Positions 1 through 9,489 of a DNA stretch of 64,000 nt are shown here, piece after piece. The notes under the pieces are model-generated. The model made no database searches. It saw only the letters and a program-made list of their open reading frames with translations, and had not been told where the DNA came from. This stretch comes from a virus. The stretch is taken from the IMG/VR virus record IMGVR_UViG_3300035703_000016, positions 32,001-96,000 of that record, one strand, 5' to 3'. The translations under genes were made by a program, and so were the position numbers. How positions within the stretch are numbered: the first letter of the stretch is position 1; every line of letters starts with the position of its first letter.

Positions 1-31
1 TGTTTTTTACTTATAAATATACGTAAAATAT

Positions 32-211
32 TTACAAATTATTTTCATTACATATATTTTTTGTCAATTCATTATTTTTAGATTCCTTTTCTTGTCTTTT
101 AAAAGCATCTACTATCGTGTCTCCATGCCATTTTAGCCACTGATCATATGTAAATTCAGACAGAGGATTTTTATCTAAGTAATTTTTATATTGAGTTTGT
201 AAAGTTGCCAT
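32..211 (-). CDS. small hypothetical protein (59 aa), absent from the ORF track
   Basis: Read by hand: ATG at 211 abuts the stop of the upstream gene; MATLQTQYKNY...NENNL*. Confidence 0.6.
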   Translation of the reverse strand: MATLQTQYKNYLDKNPLSEFTYDQWLKWHGDTIVDAFKRQEKESKNNELTKNICNENNL

Positions 212-688
212 TTATTTTTCTATTTTTATTCCTAGATTGCTTATTTCATTACAAAAGTATTCAGCTATTTCATAAGAATCTTTTGCTAACTTTTCAAATG
301 CCATAGCTTTTTCTTCTTCTTCTTGATATCCTTCAGGAGTATAATACTCAAATGTTGAATTTCTAAAATTAGATCCATCAACTAAATGACCCAATTCATG
401 AGCGCATGCTACTAGTATATCTTTGAATTTAACTTTATCAGAATTATAAAGAAGCACACATATTATTCCTTTTGATTGTTCACATGTATCCGCTTCCCAG
501 TAAAATTGTTCAGGTTTTGGAGTCTCGTCTGATAAGTGAGTTTTAGATAGTAAGACTAAATCTTCAAAATTATCTATATCAACTATCTCGTTATTAGCAT
601 CTTGAAAACAAAATTCTATATTTTCTTTATCTACATAATCTTGAAAACTAGAATAAAATCTTAATTTAAAATTATTATACTCCATCAA
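212..688 (-). CDS. putative zincin-type metallopeptidase (HExxH; ImmA/IrrE-like)
   Basis: CAHELGH motif followed by a downstream EEEKA acidic helix. Confidence 0.55.
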   Translation of the reverse strand: MMEYNNFKLRFYSSFQDYVDKENIEFCFQDANNEIVDIDNFEDLVLLSKTHLSDETPKPEQFYWEADTCEQSKGIICVLLYNSDKVKFKDILVACAHELGHLVDGSNFRNSTFEYYTPEGYQEEEEKAMAFEKLAKDSYEIAEYFCNEISNLGIKIEK

Positions 689-1590
689 TTATTTTTTTTA
701 TTACATAAATTAGGTTCTTTTGAAAATGGACAATATTTACAGCTATCTATATTTTTTGGATAATTTTTATCTATATACTCTCCATCCTTAGTAAAACCAT
801 CTTTTATAAAAGTCTTAAAATCTTCTACAGCCTGTTTCATTTTTATTTTGCCTTGAGTTGGCACTACATGCTGAACTCTTTTTATTTGAAATTCTGCATC
901 TTCATAAACTTTTCTTCTGACTATAAAAAATTCTACTTCTATCATTTCTGGATCAACACCTAATTTTTTTGAATAGAAATGCTTATAAAGTAAAACTTGA
1001 TTTAGTTTTGTTTGATCTTTTTTATCTTTGTCTTTCCATCCAGAAGTACTAGTCTTTATGTCATAGATTTTATACTTCTTTGTCTTTTTATTTCGCATTA
1101 TTAAATCTATGCTACCTATTAATAAGACATTAGGAACATCTTCATCTACAACTTCAGTAAGCGGAATTTCTATTCCAACCAATTCTTCATTTTTGATACT
1201 AAAGAATTCTGATCTTTTTTTCTTCACATATTCTAAAATTACTATTCCATCATTAATAAACTCGTTGAATTCTTCAAGTTTTGCAAAATGTTCATTATTA
1301 TTTTGTTCTTTCGCCTCTTTATAATTTTCTATCATTCTTGCTTTGAAGAATTCAACGAGATCCATTGTATCAGCAGCTTTTCCAGATACGGTATATACTA
1401 TGTTTATATACTCTTGAATTGCTTCGTGTATTGAAGTTCCAAAGGTTAAGTGAAGACTCTGTTGGAATTTTTTGTGCTTCTTTACATATTGAAGATACCA
1501 ACTATTGGGACATGATTTATACAGAGCATATTGAGAATATGACACTGATTTCTGGAATGAGTAGTCTACTGGATATGATTGTTTAGGCAT
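685..1590 (-). CDS. PD-(D/E)XK exonuclease, Cas4/AddB-like
   Basis: SYSQ..CP, GTSIH, GSIDL, YDIKTS, Q..LY and C-terminal CKYCPF...C (four Cys, Fe-S type). Confidence 0.8.
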   Translation of the reverse strand: MPKQSYPVDYSFQKSVSYSQYALYKSCPNSWYLQYVKKHKKFQQSLHLTFGTSIHEAIQEYINIVYTVSGKAADTMDLVEFFKARMIENYKEAKEQNNNEHFAKLEEFNEFINDGIVILEYVKKKRSEFFSIKNEELVGIEIPLTEVVDEDVPNVLLIGSIDLIMRNKKTKKYKIYDIKTSTSGWKDKDKKDQTKLNQVLLYKHFYSKKLGVDPEMIEVEFFIVRRKVYEDAEFQIKRVQHVVPTQGKIKMKQAVEDFKTFIKDGFTKDGEYIDKNYPKNIDSCKYCPFSKEPNLCNKKNN

Positions 1591-1843
1591 TTGGGGTTTG
1601 TAATTCTTTTGGAAGGAATTCTTGATTTACGTGTCCGCAATTTGAACAAACAAATGTTGGTATTGGGATAACTGCGTCTTTTTCAGTTCCAGTAAGAAAT
1701 TTTGAAGCTTTTCTTATTATTAGCCCCTCAGTGAAAGTATGTCCTCCACATTTTTCACATGTTACTCCAGTAGTTTTATCTAATGAAATATTTAATTTTG
1801 GAGCATGAGATTGATTCGCCCCTAGTAAAATTTCTTTTGCCAT
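1583..1843 (-). CDS. zinc-ribbon protein
   Basis: CEKC and CSNC pairs. Confidence 0.6.
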   Translation of the reverse strand: MAKEILLGANQSHAPKLNISLDKTTGVTCEKCGGHTFTEGLIIRKASKFLTGTEKDAVIPIPTFVCSNCGHVNQEFLPKELQTPNA

Positions 1844-1859
1844 AATTTATGTATTTTAA

Positions 1860-1890
1860 TAAAAGTAACTAAAACTGTTGATTTTCTAAA
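1860..1890 (-). promoter_or_regulatory. putative host-sigma70-like (Bacteroidota -33/-7 type) promoter
   Basis: TTTA-N19-TACTTTTA on the minus strand; resembles TTTG-N19-21-TAnnTTTG. Confidence 0.35.
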
Positions 1891-1897
1891 GTCTATC

Positions 1898-2155
1898 TTA
1901 CAAGTACTTTTTTATTTTGTCTATTAACAACTGTTTGGGCAATACTCCAGTAAATCTATCAATGACTTGTCCATTTGATAAAAATACCATAGTAGGCACA
2001 GATGTTACAGAGTACGCATTAGTCATTGATGGATTTGAAATAGCATCTATGTAATTTATGTTTATTCCAGTTTCTGCTGATACTTGTTGAACTACAGGCT
2101 TAAAAGATTTACACGGCATGCAAGTCGATGTTGAAAAATAAAGTGCGCTTATCAT
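1898..2155 (-). CDS. thioredoxin
   Basis: CMPC active site, SVPT cis-Pro motif, DRFTG. Confidence 0.9.
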   Translation of the reverse strand: MISALYFSTSTCMPCKSFKPVVQQVSAETGININYIDAISNPSMTNAYSVTSVPTMVFLSNGQVIDRFTGVLPKQLLIDKIKKYL

Positions 2156-2157
2156 TT

Positions 2158-2640
2158 TTAAAAATTTGAGGTTGAAAGATTTTTCATATACTTTATTGTA
2201 TTCTCATTAGTAATAGTGTGAATATGAGTCATAGCTTCTTGGTCTATTGGAATACACGTATTTCCATCAATCAAGTGTTCAATACAGCTTTTTTTAGTAA
2301 TCATAGTTTTTGGATCTAATTCATAAATCTTTCCTCCGTATCTATTATCTAATTTTGAAAGAGGAACAGCTATAAAATAAGTCCTATAGCTATTCATTAT
2401 TTTTTCAAGTTGATTATTTTTAACCATAAATGATTTATCTTTTATCATAGGAACGAGAGTTTTTACTTCTACGTCTTTTCCATCTACTAATAAATCTCTT
2501 TTTCTATCAAATAGATCTTCTGATAAAAGAACTACTTTTCCTTTTAGAGTGAAATAATTAGCTATTATTTTTTCTCCTAAATTTCCCAGCTCTTTATTTT
2601 TAAAATCCGAAGTATTCGAATATGAATTTAAGTATGACAT
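2158..2640 (-). CDS. PD-(D/E)XK restriction-endonuclease-like protein
   Basis: GNLGE helix, DLLVDG...VEVKT catalytic pattern. Confidence 0.55.
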   Translation of the reverse strand: MSYLNSYSNTSDFKNKELGNLGEKIIANYFTLKGKVVLLSEDLFDRKRDLLVDGKDVEVKTLVPMIKDKSFMVKNNQLEKIMNSYRTYFIAVPLSKLDNRYGGKIYELDPKTMITKKSCIEHLIDGNTCIPIDQEAMTHIHTITNENTIKYMKNLSTSNF

Positions 2641-2644
2641 GTTT

Positions 2645-4441
2645 CTATTTTGATTCTAATATAGATTTGAACTTGAAGTATGATTTATGTTTTTCAACGC
2701 CTGGAATATTCCAACCATTATCGAAATCTTTTATCGTATGTTCTTGTTTTATATAATATTGCCATATTGGATTTTTTATATACTTTAACCATACACACAA
2801 AAGATCTTCTAAGTCAACGGGTTTCATATTATACCTTGCACAAAGTTTGTCAAAATCTTTATACTTAAATCCAGGTCTGAGAATTTTCATAGAGGCAGTT
2901 GCAGTTGGACCTAATTTACACTCAGACCACTCATCTATATCAAATAAACCTTTTATTTTTGTATCTAGATTCACATAATTTGCTAAATCCCCTGCCATTA
3001 ATAAGTAATGAAAATTAAAAGCATGTAGATTATGTTTGCTATTATACTGATTCATTACATCTACTATACCGCATAGACTTGTTTTTGGTTTAATATTCTC
3101 TATTATATGGTCTGCCCATGGTCTAAAATGATTAATAACAAGATCTTTAAGAGGATATCTAGGAGGTTGATTCACGCAACAACTAACAAAATTTCCCTTA
3201 TCTTCTTTCATAAACTTATAAAAGTCTACATGAGAATTATAATTTTGAAAATTTAAAAGAATAGTGTTATTATATCCGTGATTAAATTGATTTGAAGTTC
3301 CAGATCCAAAAATCCTATGAGAATAGATTAAAAATAAATAATCATATATTTCCCAATTTGGATTTGCAATTGGTTTATAAATATCCCAAGTAAGTGATTC
3401 TTTACCCATAAAATAGTCTTCAAGCAAGAATATAAATCCTTCATATCTTCTATCAATATTATGGAATAGGTTTACATTGTCTATGTAATTATCTCCAGTA
3501 TTAAACTCTCTTTTTCTTGTGTCAATAAAGACTTTTTCTGTCTTTCGGTTGATATCGATATAGTAATCCAAACACTCTAAAGCTATCGGATTCCATCCAT
3601 TTTCATCTAGTGTAATATTTGCTTTTGACTTTTTTTCTTTATCTTTTATCAAATACACGCTAGAAGATCCAGAGTTTTTTTCTTCTTCGTTAATAGGAAC
3701 TGGTTCTGCAAAATCATAATAATCTTCAGTCTTACATTGATATTCTTCTTGAGGAACTGGGGGGCTAGATAGAATAAGATCTGATATTGACGTCTTTACG
3801 TCTGGTGTTAGCATATTAAAATGCTTTTCATAGATATGCAAATTTGTTATAAAAAAATGCATTGTGCCAATTTGAGTATTTGTTTCAAAACAAACCATAC
3901 TCATTAATTTTGCAAATGTGTATTGATCATTTGAGAATCCATAGACTAAATCAATACTTCTTGCAAATACTGTAAGATTTAGTCTTCCTTCTACTATGGT
4001 GAAGTTTAGCACAATGTTACAGGGAGTGTCTGAGGCATACCTGTCTAGCTCATTTATATCGTAATGAACAATTATAGCTCTTCTAGTATTAGGGTTGCTC
4101 TTGAGCTCCTGAATAGCTCGTTCTAGCTGACCTCCTTTTTGCCAAAAATATCCATAGTTTGAATTCACTTCATTTGTACCAGGAACTATCATGTTATTCC
4201 ACAGTTTGGCTCTTTTAGCAATTTCAGTCACATCTCTATTTCCTGACAAATACCAATGCCACTCATACTCTGCGTAAGATTGGTTAAATTTTCTCTCTGG
4301 TTCTGTGATAACCATTTGAAGTGGATTATCTAAAGTAAAAGAGACATTAAATTTAGTTTTTGTTTTTGAAAAGTCTACTCCATTTTGCATTATATCAAAA
4401 TATAGACCTCTAAAAGCCTCATTTGCATTTTTAAAATTCAT
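2645..4441 (-). CDS. thymidylate-synthase-family (dCMP hydroxymethylase-like) domain fused to an aGPT-PPlase/amino acid:DNA transferase-like helical domain
   Basis: N-terminal ~210 aa: NSNYG, TRRA, DTPC, RSIDLVYGFSND, NLHIY. C-terminal: FHNIDRR, HRIFGSG, F..LLMAGDL, LGPTA, LEDLLC...KY. Confidence 0.75.
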   Translation of the reverse strand: MNFKNANEAFRGLYFDIMQNGVDFSKTKTKFNVSFTLDNPLQMVITEPERKFNQSYAEYEWHWYLSGNRDVTEIAKRAKLWNNMIVPGTNEVNSNYGYFWQKGGQLERAIQELKSNPNTRRAIIVHYDINELDRYASDTPCNIVLNFTIVEGRLNLTVFARSIDLVYGFSNDQYTFAKLMSMVCFETNTQIGTMHFFITNLHIYEKHFNMLTPDVKTSISDLILSSPPVPQEEYQCKTEDYYDFAEPVPINEEEKNSGSSSVYLIKDKEKKSKANITLDENGWNPIALECLDYYIDINRKTEKVFIDTRKREFNTGDNYIDNVNLFHNIDRRYEGFIFLLEDYFMGKESLTWDIYKPIANPNWEIYDYLFLIYSHRIFGSGTSNQFNHGYNNTILLNFQNYNSHVDFYKFMKEDKGNFVSCCVNQPPRYPLKDLVINHFRPWADHIIENIKPKTSLCGIVDVMNQYNSKHNLHAFNFHYLLMAGDLANYVNLDTKIKGLFDIDEWSECKLGPTATASMKILRPGFKYKDFDKLCARYNMKPVDLEDLLCVWLKYIKNPIWQYYIKQEHTIKDFDNGWNIPGVEKHKSYFKFKSILESK

Positions 4442-4910
4442 GTTGTTGTATTTCTATAAATTGTTTAAGAAATTGTAGGCCATCAGTTTTTCTATATTCT
4501 TCTAAATAGACTACTTTTTTAATTCCAGATTGCAGTATTAATTTTGAACATTCAATACAAGGAGATAGAGTAATATATAAAGTCGCTCCATTTACAGAAT
4601 ATCCAACTTTTGCAGCTTTTAAAATAGCGTTCATCTCTGCATGTATAACTTCTAGAACTGTTACTCCGCCTCTTTCACAACAATTATCTACTCCAGTAGG
4701 AGTTCCATTATAACCGAAAGATACTACATTGTCATCTTTTACTATTATTGCTCCAACTTTAGATCTTTCGCAATGTGACAGTTTAGATATCTCTTTAGCT
4801 ATATTTATATAGACTGTATCTAATTTTTTTTGCTTATCCATAACCTGTATTTTATTTTCTGTATTTATAGTTATTTTTATTCCATAACCATATAGATCAA
4901 AACTATTCAT
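4431..4910 (-). CDS. dCMP deaminase (true start probably the internal Met of MDKQKK)
   Basis: KVGA, GYNG, HAEMNA and PCIEC zinc motifs. Confidence 0.92.
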   Translation of the reverse strand: MNSFDLYGYGIKITINTENKIQVMDKQKKLDTVYINIAKEISKLSHCERSKVGAIIVKDDNVVSFGYNGTPTGVDNCCERGGVTVLEVIHAEMNAILKAAKVGYSVNGATLYITLSPCIECSKLILQSGIKKVVYLEEYRKTDGLQFLKQFIEIQQHEF

Positions 4911-4915
4911 TTTTT

Positions 4916-5347
4916 TTAGTTTACTCCAGTACTACCAAATCCTCCATCTTTTCTTTGTGTCTCTATATCTTCAAGCTCATCTACAACTTCTATACTATCA
5001 TAATTCATAGGAATAAGAATAAATTGAATTATTTTTTGTCCTGGAGTTATTAATACTTGACTATTTCCAGAATTAAAAACATGAATGTGAATTTCTCCAG
5101 TATAGTCTTCATCAACAACTTCAGCTCCCTTTGTTAATTTATTTTTAGTTGCTACTCCAGATTTATTAAAAGCTATTAAAGCATAACCAGATGGGATTCT
5201 TACTTTTATTCCAGAAGGTATTAGAGCGTCTTCTCCTGGGGATAGTAGTATAGGTTCTAAGTCATTAGGTGTATAAAAGTCAATTCCCGCGCTTTTGGAT
5301 GTGCCTCTTGAAGGTGACTTAACGTCACGACATTTTTGAATTTTCAT
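4916..5347 (-). CDS. dut: trimeric dUTPase
   Basis: AGID, KSG, VVDEDYTGEI, IIQ, RKDGGFGSTG (motifs I-V). Confidence 0.93.
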   Translation of the reverse strand: MKIQKCRDVKSPSRGTSKSAGIDFYTPNDLEPILLSPGEDALIPSGIKVRIPSGYALIAFNKSGVATKNKLTKGAEVVDEDYTGEIHIHVFNSGNSQVLITPGQKIIQFILIPMNYDSIEVVDELEDIETQRKDGGFGSTGVN

Positions 5348-5349
5348 TT

Positions 5350-5628
5350 TTATTTAGTTTTATCGTAGTCTTCTTTATAATGTTCTACCATAGCTGTTAA
5401 ATACGCTATAGCATCAAGTATATTATCATATTTTTTAGCATAAGATTCTCTACTCATTTTAAGAGCAACCATGCATAGATACATGTCTTTCGCAGTTATT
5501 TGTTTTCCTGTCATAGTAGAAGCCAAAGTTGCTGCTTTTTCCATGCTCTCTTTCATTGGACCGTATTTTCTAGAGGATTCTTCTGCTCTACGATATACAA
5601 TATCTTGTGCGTGCTCAAGTACATTCAT
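5350..5628 (-). CDS. small helical nucleotide-modification-associated protein (DUF6378/MazG-like)
   Basis: R...YG...M..LK.SR...DNILDAIAY pattern; sits in a nucleotide-metabolism operon. Confidence 0.55.
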   Translation of the reverse strand: MNVLEHAQDIVYRRAEESSRKYGPMKESMEKAATLASTMTGKQITAKDMYLCMVALKMSRESYAKKYDNILDAIAYLTAMVEHYKEDYDKTK

Positions 5629-5655
5629 ATAATTAATTTATATATTATTTTCTAT

Positions 5656-6579
5656 TTAAGAAATTAATTCATGCAAGTACGGAAAATATTTAGGCTTTAG
5701 ATGTACTGACTGCTTAGATTCTAGAATATCCAGCATTTTAGTTCCGTCTGAATCAACCCAATCTTTTGGCCAACTAATATATTTCAATCCAGAATTTTCA
5801 ATCATTTCATTAGCTATGTCTCTTAATTCCATTCTCAATTGCCTACTTCCATAAAATGGTTTACCTTTATATAGTCCAGTTCCAGGTATTTTTCTAGATT
5901 CATGCTCTATAGGTATTAATTCTACTAAAGTTGGATTATTTAACTCTCTTGCAAAATTTATATACTTTGAAAACAGTTTTTCTGTTTCTTTATAGGGATC
6001 TTCCATTCTTCCTAAATGAAATCTTGTGTCTATATTTCCAAAATAAAGTACAACATTGCCAGGCCTCTGTTCATTAATAGCTTGAGCATTTGCATGTTTT
6101 AACCACCCAAATAAAGTCTTACCTGGATTATAACTAAGAGCGTATCCTGGTCTCCATACTGAAAGAGAATGAGAATCTCCTATAACTATATTTGGATTTG
6201 CTTTTGAAAAATAGTCAATAGCTCGACTTATTGGCCAATTATTGCTATCTACTTTTATTCTTTGATTAAATTTTCTAAAATCAAAAGTTTTATTTACAAA
6301 CTCAAATTGTCCATTGAATTTTGAGATAGCTTCCATTTTCTTAGCATGGATTGGACCAGGACCTCCAGGGATATTGAAACTTCCATCTACAAAATTAACT
6401 CCTTCGCAAATATAAAGTTTTTCATATTGATTCCAAGTTTCTGGACTTGGATTAACATCTATATCGTCTTGAGGATTAAAATCCTTAACCATCTTTGTTG
6501 ATATAAGGCCATAAGCACCTCCTTGAAAATTCAAGGAAGTACTCACATTTGCCATAATTGATACTAGAGCAGCTTTCAT
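5656..6579 (-). CDS. SGNH-hydrolase-fold protein
   Basis: IGDSH (block I), FGNID (block III-like), SVHL (catalytic His). Confidence 0.55.
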   Translation of the reverse strand: MKAALVSIMANVSTSLNFQGGAYGLISTKMVKDFNPQDDIDVNPSPETWNQYEKLYICEGVNFVDGSFNIPGGPGPIHAKKMEAISKFNGQFEFVNKTFDFRKFNQRIKVDSNNWPISRAIDYFSKANPNIVIGDSHSLSVWRPGYALSYNPGKTLFGWLKHANAQAINEQRPGNVVLYFGNIDTRFHLGRMEDPYKETEKLFSKYINFARELNNPTLVELIPIEHESRKIPGTGLYKGKPFYGSRQLRMELRDIANEMIENSGLKYISWPKDWVDSDGTKMLDILESKQSVHLKPKYFPYLHELIS

Positions 6580-6596
6580 TTATTTATTTTTATAAA

Positions 6597-8249
6597 TTAC
6601 ATTAATCCTGACATATTTGGAATATCAGAAGTATCGTTATCTTTTTCTGATTTTTTCTGTAAAACCACAGATTCAACAGTTATGATTGTTCCAGCTACTC
6701 CAGCAGCATTTCTAAGAGCAGATATAGCCACTTTAGTAGGATCTAAAAGCCCAAATTCGATCCCGTTTACTACTTTTTTATCTTTGGCATCATATGTTGT
6801 AAATGAATCATTTTGTGTAGAAATTTCATGTAATATCTCATACCAATTTTCTATTCCAGCATTTGATAATATTTTTTTAAATGGAGCCAAGCAAGCAGCA
6901 AGTACTATGTCAAATCCTATTTTTTCATTCTCTTTCCAATCTTTAGTAATGTCTTTTATTCTAGAAATTGCATTTATAAGAGCGATTCCGCCACCAGGAA
7001 GGATTCCTTCAGAGAGAGCTGCTTTTGTTGCTAGAAGCGCATCTTCTACTCTGTCTTTTTTCTCTTTCATTTCAATTTCAGAGTTTCCTCCAACATTGAT
7101 TATTGCAACTCCTCCAATAAGTTTTCCTAAACGTTCTTGTAGTTTTTCTTTTTCAAAAAATGACTGAGCATTATCAATTTGATCTTTTATATCTTTAGAC
7201 CTATCTATTATTGCTTGAGAATCACCTTTTCCATCTACTATAGTTGTTTGTTCTTTTCCTACAGTTACCATTCTAGCGCGACCAAGTAAAGAATCTATCG
7301 TAGCTGGATTTGTTTTTTCTAGCTTATGTCCTTTATTTTTTGACATTACTGTAGCGCCTGTAAGAATTGCTATGTCCTCTAGCATCAAAGTTCTGCGATC
7401 TCCAAAATCTGGAGCTTTAGTAGCACAAACCTTAACCACGCCTCTCATCTTATTTACTATGATAACAGCTAGGGCTTCATCTCCAAAGTCTTCTGCTATT
7501 ATTAATATTGACTTATTCTCAGAATTAGCCTTTTGCAAAAATGGAACTATCTCCTCATGGCTATTTATTCTACCATCATATATCATAATATATGCATCCT
7601 CTAACACAGCTTGCATTGTTGTATTATCTGTTACTAGATACGGACTTTTATATCCTCTGTCAAATTGCATACCTTCAACGACTTCTAAAGTAGTTTCTCC
7701 AGTCTTAGATTCTTCAATAGTTATTAAACCTTCTCTACCGACTTTATCAATAGCTGCTGATATAAGTTCTCCAACTTCAAAATCATTATTTCCAGATATT
7801 ACTGCAACTTGTTTAATTTGCTCTTCTGTGCTAACATCAATAGATAAATTCTTAAGCTCTTGTATAACTAGATTTACTGTTTTATCTATACCTGATTTAA
7901 CTTCAACTGCATTTGTTCCTTGACGTATAGATTTTATTCCCTCTTGAATCATTTTTGTGGCAAGTATAGTAGAAGTTGTTGTACCGTCACCAGCCTCATT
8001 TGCTGATTTTATAGCGACTTGTTTTACCATTTGAGCGCCAATGTCTTCAAAATCGTTTTCTAATCGAGTTATTGACTTTGAACAACTAACTCCATCTTTT
8101 GTGGCTTTTACTTCCCCATTTGGTTCTCTTATTAAAACCGTACGACCTCCAGGACCTAAAGTAGAAGACACTATATCGTTTAGTTTATTAATTCCTACTA
8201 ATAGCTTTTCTTTTAACTCAATTCCTGTTAAGTGTTGTGTTTGACTCAT
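6597..8249 (-). CDS. groEL: chaperonin GroEL
   Basis: TLGPGG, TKDGVS, AGDGTTT, EGMQFDRGY, PGGGIAL, DPTKV. Confidence 0.97.
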   Translation of the reverse strand: MSQTQHLTGIELKEKLLVGINKLNDIVSSTLGPGGRTVLIREPNGEVKATKDGVSCSKSITRLENDFEDIGAQMVKQVAIKSANEAGDGTTTSTILATKMIQEGIKSIRQGTNAVEVKSGIDKTVNLVIQELKNLSIDVSTEEQIKQVAVISGNNDFEVGELISAAIDKVGREGLITIEESKTGETTLEVVEGMQFDRGYKSPYLVTDNTTMQAVLEDAYIMIYDGRINSHEEIVPFLQKANSENKSILIIAEDFGDEALAVIIVNKMRGVVKVCATKAPDFGDRRTLMLEDIAILTGATVMSKNKGHKLEKTNPATIDSLLGRARMVTVGKEQTTIVDGKGDSQAIIDRSKDIKDQIDNAQSFFEKEKLQERLGKLIGGVAIINVGGNSEIEMKEKKDRVEDALLATKAALSEGILPGGGIALINAISRIKDITKDWKENEKIGFDIVLAACLAPFKKILSNAGIENWYEILHEISTQNDSFTTYDAKDKKVVNGIEFGLLDPTKVAISALRNAAGVAGTIITVESVVLQKKSEKDNDTSDIPNMSGLM

Positions 8250-8264
8250 AATTATTTTATATTT

Positions 8265-8624
8265 TTATTCAGTTATTTTTATAAATTTTTTCAGACTATG
8301 CACTACTTGTCTAAATAGATAATCTTTACTTCTTTGTTCTACAGGCAATTCTGAATATGGAATATAGCAAGGATGTTCTTTTGTTTCTACATTTTTAACT
8401 GGTCCGTATTTCCAACCTTCTTCTGTCTTCTGCTTCATCCAACTTTCATGAGAAGCTTCTGGTGTTGCATTTGGGTTATCGATATGAAATTTTACTCCAT
8501 TTTCTGCAGATGATTTTTGCCAGTCTGGCGCTAAGCTCCATGGTAATTGAGACGTATCGCCTATACTTTGACAATATGCCATATTAATTTCGTGTGCTAC
8601 TTGAGCTATATCTTGAATTGTCAT
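8265..8624 (-). CDS. RyR-domain protein
   Basis: HESWM..K..EGWKYGPVK...KEHPC..PYSELP..Q..KD. Confidence 0.8.
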   Translation of the reverse strand: MTIQDIAQVAHEINMAYCQSIGDTSQLPWSLAPDWQKSSAENGVKFHIDNPNATPEASHESWMKQKTEEGWKYGPVKNVETKEHPCYIPYSELPVEQRSKDYLFRQVVHSLKKFIKITE

Positions 8625-8625
8625 G

Positions 8626-8913
8626 TTATGCTAATACTCCCAGTATTTCTGTTTCTTTTGTTAAAAAATAATCTTCTCCAGACATGCTAATTTTAGTAGT
8701 TCCCATTTTAGGAATCATTACTATATCTCCAACATTTAAATTAGACAGGATAACTCTGTCACTATGATAATTAAATGTTCCAGAGACTGCAATAACTTCT
8801 CCAGTTTCTGGTCTTTCTTTTCCCATGTCAGGCAATATAATGTTGCCTACCATTTCTTCGGATGATTCTACGGGCCTTATCAAAATGTACCCATTCATTG
8901 GTTTTATATTCAT
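8626..8913 (-). CDS. groES: co-chaperonin GroES
   Basis: IKPM..YILI, GNIILP mobile loop, GEVIAV, VGDIV, EILGV. Confidence 0.9.
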   Translation of the reverse strand: MNIKPMNGYILIRPVESSEEMVGNIILPDMGKERPETGEVIAVSGTFNYHSDRVILSNLNVGDIVMIPKMGTTKISMSGEDYFLTKETEILGVLA

Positions 8914-8915
8914 AT

Positions 8916-9206
8916 CTACAATTTATTTGCTAAGTTTAAAATATACTGTTCATCTTCTAAATCTAGTCTCCATCTATTTACATTGATTATCTCGCATGCT
9001 TCTGCAAATTTAGAATCATCCCCAGATAAAGAGGGTTTTATTCTATTAGTTTTATCTGTATATTCTGAATTAGAATTTAAAACTGATAAAACATCTTCTG
9101 GATCTAATACTTCTAATAGTCCTTCTAATAATTCTAATCTATCGGATTTTTTCCACAAGCTGCTTAAAACTTCATCAATTTCAAAATCTACTGAAATGTA
9201 TGCCAT
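8916..9206 (-). CDS. hypothetical protein
   Basis: Tightly packed co-oriented ORF. Confidence 0.6.
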   Translation of the reverse strand: MAYISVDFEIDEVLSSLWKKSDRLELLEGLLEVLDPEDVLSVLNSNSEYTDKTNRIKPSLSGDDSKFAEACEIINVNRWRLDLEDEQYILNLANKL

Positions 9207-9218
9207 ATCTTTATTATA

Positions 9219-9473
9219 CTATTTATTTAATGAAAAATTAAACTTATCTTTATGGTTATTTACATAATTTCTATACTCAGCCAGTGTTCGTCTTTCTCTT
9301 ATTTTCCGTAGATTGTCTAATTCTAGACTTAGAGGCAAAGTAGAATGTATAAAATCTCTAATAGAGCCATATTTAAGAACTCTTTTAGTTTTATGGTCTA
9401 GTACTCGAAAAAAATCATCTTCCCAAAACCATGTATATCTTTTTCTTAGCTTCTTTAAATACTTTATTTTCAT
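9219..9473 (-). CDS. hypothetical basic protein
   Basis: Tightly packed co-oriented ORF. Confidence 0.55.
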   Translation of the reverse strand: MKIKYLKKLRKRYTWFWEDDFFRVLDHKTKRVLKYGSIRDFIHSTLPLSLELDNLRKIRERRTLAEYRNYVNNHKDKFNFSLNK

Positions 9474-9489
9474 AATCTTTTATTTTTAT

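Noticed and set aside
685-1590. Cas4-like gene as evidence of a CRISPR-Cas system
   Set aside because: No repeat-spacer array or other cas genes were seen; solo Cas4-like nucleases are common in phages
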